Both the position numbers and the translations under genes were made by a program. Source: Candidatus Heimdallarchaeota archaeon (GTDB taxonomy: Archaea > Asgardarchaeota > Heimdallarchaeia > Hodarchaeales > Hodarchaeaceae). Taken from it: DNA of 29,362 bases. A model generated the notes under the pieces. The model did not search any database. It saw only the letters and a program-made list of their open reading frames with translations, and was not told the DNA's origin. Of the stretch, positions 26,646-29,362 are shown one piece after another (position 1 is the stretch's first letter; each line of letters begins with the position of its first letter). The stretch is taken from the NCBI GenBank assembly GCA_048881705.1, contig JBHLSH010000051.1:1-29362 (forward strand). The letters run 5' to 3'.

Positions 26646-27692
26646 TCATTTTTGGCATAAAACAATTGTTCGAACTCCTTCTCCTCTTCTCATGACATCA
26701 AACGCTTCATTGATTTCCGAAAGAGGATACTTTCCAGTAACTAGCGGTTTAACCACAATTTTTTGATTTTGAACCAATTTAATAATACGAGGATAGTCAA
26801 CCGTGCGACATCCCAATGATCCCATGATCTCCATTTCACGAAACATGACTCTTCCAATATCGAACCCATCCCATCTTTTAGGTGAGTACCCTACGGCAAC
26901 TAATCGGCCTCCAGTCCTTAAGCTATTGAAAGCCTGTTTCATGGTTACAGGGTTGCCAATACACTCAAAAGCAACATCTGCACCTCCATCAGTAATCTTG
27001 CGAATTGTACCAACGATTCCACGATCATCTAGATCGGCGGCAGATAAAGCTTCGACTGCACCAAGTCGTTTTGCGATTTCTAGTTTTTCGGGAATAATGT
27101 CAACTGCAATTGGCAATCCACCCGCCACTTTAATGTTTTGAACCGTGTTTAGGCCTATTCCCCCACATCCGATGACAACAGCCCAGTCTCCAGGACGGAT
27201 CTGCCCACGATTTTTAACAGCATGATATGGAGTGGAAACCGCATCGGATATGATACACCCCTCTTCCAACGGGATTTCAGGAGGCAGAGGGAAGATATCT
27301 TTGACGGGAATCACGATCTGTTCAGCAAAACCACCATCTACATTGGAACCAAAAAAGGTTTGATTTAAACATATGTTCTCGCGACCAGTCCGACAAAAAT
27401 AGCAATTTCCGCATGAAATAACTGCAGGAACAAGCACATGATCGCCTTGCTTAAAAACGGTGACATCTTCGCTAGTTTCACGAATGATTCCTGACATTTC
27501 ATGTCCCAAAACTAAAGGAGGGGATTTACCTGTTGGAACCCCATGGTCTAGAAATCCAATGTCAGTGTGACAAACCCCACAAGCCGTTATGTCAATGATT
27601 GCTTTTCCTGAAGTGTCACCGAGGTCGGGCGACGGATAATTTCCATTCAATTTCAAAGGAGCCTTTACCTGTTCAAATATAGCTGCACGCAT
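26646..27692 (-). CDS. Zn-dependent (MDR) alcohol dehydrogenase, resembling 6-hydroxycyclohex-1-ene-1-carbonyl-CoA dehydrogenase (Had/BamQ-like)
   Basis: CGVCHTD, GHE, CGNCYFCRTGRENIC, DAVSTPYHA, GCGGIG, VD (NAD-type) and GSLGCR. Start moved to ATG 27692 (MRAAIFEQ). Confidence 0.85.
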   Translation of the reverse strand: MRAAIFEQVKAPLKLNGNYPSPDLGDTSGKAIIDITACGVCHTDIGFLDHGVPTGKSPPLVLGHEMSGIIRETSEDVTVFKQGDHVLVPAVISCGNCYFCRTGRENICLNQTFFGSNVDGGFAEQIVIPVKDIFPLPPEIPLEEGCIISDAVSTPYHAVKNRGQIRPGDWAVVIGCGGIGLNTVQNIKVAGGLPIAVDIIPEKLEIAKRLGAVEALSAADLDDRGIVGTIRKITDGGADVAFECIGNPVTMKQAFNSLRTGGRLVAVGYSPKRWDGFDIGRVMFREMEIMGSLGCRTVDYPRIIKLVQNQKIVVKPLVTGKYPLSEINEAFDVMRRGEGVRTIVLCQK

Positions 27693-27814
27693 AGGAACCA
27701 CTTGTTGAAACAAGGAAAATCTGCTGATTTTTAATTGTTCCTGCAATTCTGGTTACATAATAAGTACAGGATTTTACTGAGGCCGTTTACTCCCGTTTAA
27801 TCTTCATGCGGTGT

Positions 27815-28477
27815 CTAAAGAAAAACCGCAATTTCGGATAACGATTTTTTACCTATATTTGGAACTTTCGCATCTTCATGGGGATATCCCACTGGCATGA
27901 GGACGTATGGCTTTTCATTGGGAGGTCGATTGAGTAATGTTTTTAGAACTTTCATGGGTGCTGGAGTATGAGTAACCGTGACTAGGCCCGCATTGTGGAT
28001 CGCCATAATGAGCATCCCTACAGCAATTCCCACGCTTTCCTTGACATAATAATGGGGGAGTTTTTGCATATTTTCACCAAATGCATAATCTTGGCGAAAA
28101 ACTACTATTAGATAGGGAGCCTCCGTTAGATAAGGTTTTTGCCAATCAGTGGCTAGAGGGGCTAGGGCTTTTCGTTGTGCATCCGAAATACGGGACTCAT
28201 AGAATTCTTTCTCTACAGCTTCTACTACCACTCGAATTTGAGACTTTATTGATGGATCGCTAACCACAACGAAGGTCCATGGTTGTTTATTGGCCCCTGA
28301 TGGAGCAGTACCAGCAGTCTTGACAATAGTTTCGATTATTTTTCTTGGTACTGGCTTGGTTGAAAATTTCCTAACGGTTCTACGCGTTCGAGCCCATTCG
28401 TAGAACTTCTTGGAACGGAAATGCATTTCATCAGAGGCGTAAGTCTTGGGTTTAAAGGAGATAAACTCTTTGCTCAT
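27815..28477 (-). CDS. nitroreductase-superfamily protein, iodotyrosine deiodinase (IYD) type
   Basis: RRTVRKFS, AGTAPSGANKQPW, EKEFY (E..Y substrate pair), WQKPYL (Lys), HYYVKESVGIA, AGLVTVTHTP and VGYP. ATG 28477 is preferred over TTG 28486. Confidence 0.85.
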   Translation of the reverse strand: MSKEFISFKPKTYASDEMHFRSKKFYEWARTRRTVRKFSTKPVPRKIIETIVKTAGTAPSGANKQPWTFVVVSDPSIKSQIRVVVEAVEKEFYESRISDAQRKALAPLATDWQKPYLTEAPYLIVVFRQDYAFGENMQKLPHYYVKESVGIAVGMLIMAIHNAGLVTVTHTPAPMKVLKTLLNRPPNEKPYVLMPVGYPHEDAKVPNIGKKSLSEIAVFL

Positions 28478-28712
28478 TATATCCAACTACTTAGTGGTGC
28501 CCTCTGGCCAAGTAAATGGTTCGTGGATACCACTGATAATACCGATAGTACACACAACTGATAATGTCTTTATAATCATTGAGATGCTCACAGTTATGAA
28601 ATAGACTTTTTAGATAAATGGAATACACATATACAGGAACTTATCGCACACTAATTGCCAAAGCTTATTTCAATTAATATTAAATATTACTACCTCAAAA
28701 TGGCAGGTAATT

Positions 28713-29362
28713 ATGTTACTGGACTCACTGAGCTTCAAAATCGTAAAAGGAGTCATTTGGACCAAATTTGATGAAGTAAGGGGCCCTGTTCCTGTAGCCT
28801 GGGTGCCTGATACGCTTTCTGAAGAAATTTTATTCAGCGTATCTCTCCGTGGAATGTCTGTCTTCTCAAGTCGTCCTTCCAACATATCGTATGCAAAAAT
28901 GATTGCTACACTCCCTTTTCCAGAATATGAGTTCTTCTCTATCTCCACAGTCCTTTATGAAGTCTCAGAGTCTCTCAGTGGAGGATTTGACATAAATCTG
29001 GTAACGGTTTTGATCCCGCAGCTGATAGTGGAAAATGCGTGGCTGGATATACGTCAAATTCAAGGGATTTTTAGGAAGTATTTTGCCCCATGGGATGGCA
29101 GGCCAGTTAACGATAAAGAAAAAATCATCACAGGGGTTGCTTTGGCCATTGATGACATTTTAGATCGGAAATTTGAGATGATCGAAGAGGGAGAAAAGGT
29201 TAGAGATCAGCTAAACAATTATATCGAGTCCTATCTTGTAACCTCCCGTAGCGAAAACGATCAACAGCTTATCAAAACACGTGTAAAGACATTGATTCAA
29301 TCCTTGGACAGAGTACTAATAGCAGGGGATCATGAACGAATTCAAGAAGCCCTCGATCAACT
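28713..29362 (+). CDS. uDENN/longin-like domain protein (3' truncated by window edge; absent from ORF track)
   Basis: Hand translation gives 216 codons with no stop: MLLDSLSFKIVKGVIWTKFDEVRGPVPVAWVPDTLSEE...LPFPEYEFFSI...LVTVLIP... The F-D-x-x-x-G-P-x-P motif matches the uDENN/NPR2-type longin N-terminus. AGGT lies upstream of the ATG. Confidence 0.7.
   Translation, partial: MLLDSLSFKIVKGVIWTKFDEVRGPVPVAWVPDTLSEEILFSVSLRGMSVFSSRPSNISYAKMIATLPFPEYEFFSISTVLYEVSESLSGGFDINLVTVLIPQLIVENAWLDIRQIQGIFRKYFAPWDGRPVNDKEKIITGVALAIDDILDRKFEMIEEGEKVRDQLNNYIESYLVTSRSENDQQLIKTRVKTLIQSLDRVLIAGDHERIQEALDQ

Noticed and set aside
28670-28948. 92-aa minus-strand ORF
   Set aside because: It is antisense to the longer plus-strand uDENN/longin-like frame, which has a recognisable motif.
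1-29362. CRISPR arrays, IS elements, integrases, tRNA/rRNA genes, recoded stop codons or programmed frameshifts
   Set aside because: I saw no regularly spaced repeats, transposase or recombinase motifs, terminal inverted repeats, cloverleaf patterns or split genes by eye. A tRNAscan-SE/Infernal run would be needed to exclude RNA genes formally.

Overview
A gene-dense archaeal chromosomal segment with no mobile element, CRISPR array, rRNA or tRNA that I can detect. The lineage is most likely Asgard archaea (Heimdallarchaeia/Hodarchaeales-like). This is an inference from an archaeal TFS paralog, archaeal-type CMP kinase, ADP-forming acyl-CoA ligase alpha, a thiolase/DUF35 pair, GGTGA/GGAGG ribosome-binding sites and two longin-like proteins. 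Contents in order: two-subunit ATP citrate lyase (aclB-aclA); a TFS/RpoM paralog with a non-canonical tip; a 4-gene ABC-2 exporter; a glycosylated surface protein with a PGF-CTERM-like tail; a signal peptide + FG-GAP repeats + TM + longin-like protein; PaaI thioesterase; CMP kinase; acyl-CoA ligase alpha; a dUTPase-fold protein; an orphan ORF; a class V aminotransferase; an SDR; an S9 peptidase; an acyl-CoA dehydrogenase; a polytopic membrane protein; a Cys/Met PLP lyase; an operon of Zn-dehydrogenase, thiolase and a DUF35-SDR fusion; an iodotyrosine deiodinase homolog; and a truncated uDENN/longin-like ORF at the right edge that the ORF track missed. Best leads: (1) the receptor-like FG-GAP-TM-longin protein, (2) the DUF35-ketoacyl reductase fusion next to a thiolase, (3) the TFS paralog with RKKEE in place of RSADE, (4) the uDENN/longin ORF, and (5) a possible RBS-sequestering leader upstream of the Cys/Met lyase. 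All family assignments come from motif recognition, not database searches. Several start codons were moved from the ORF track using RBS and overlap evidence.
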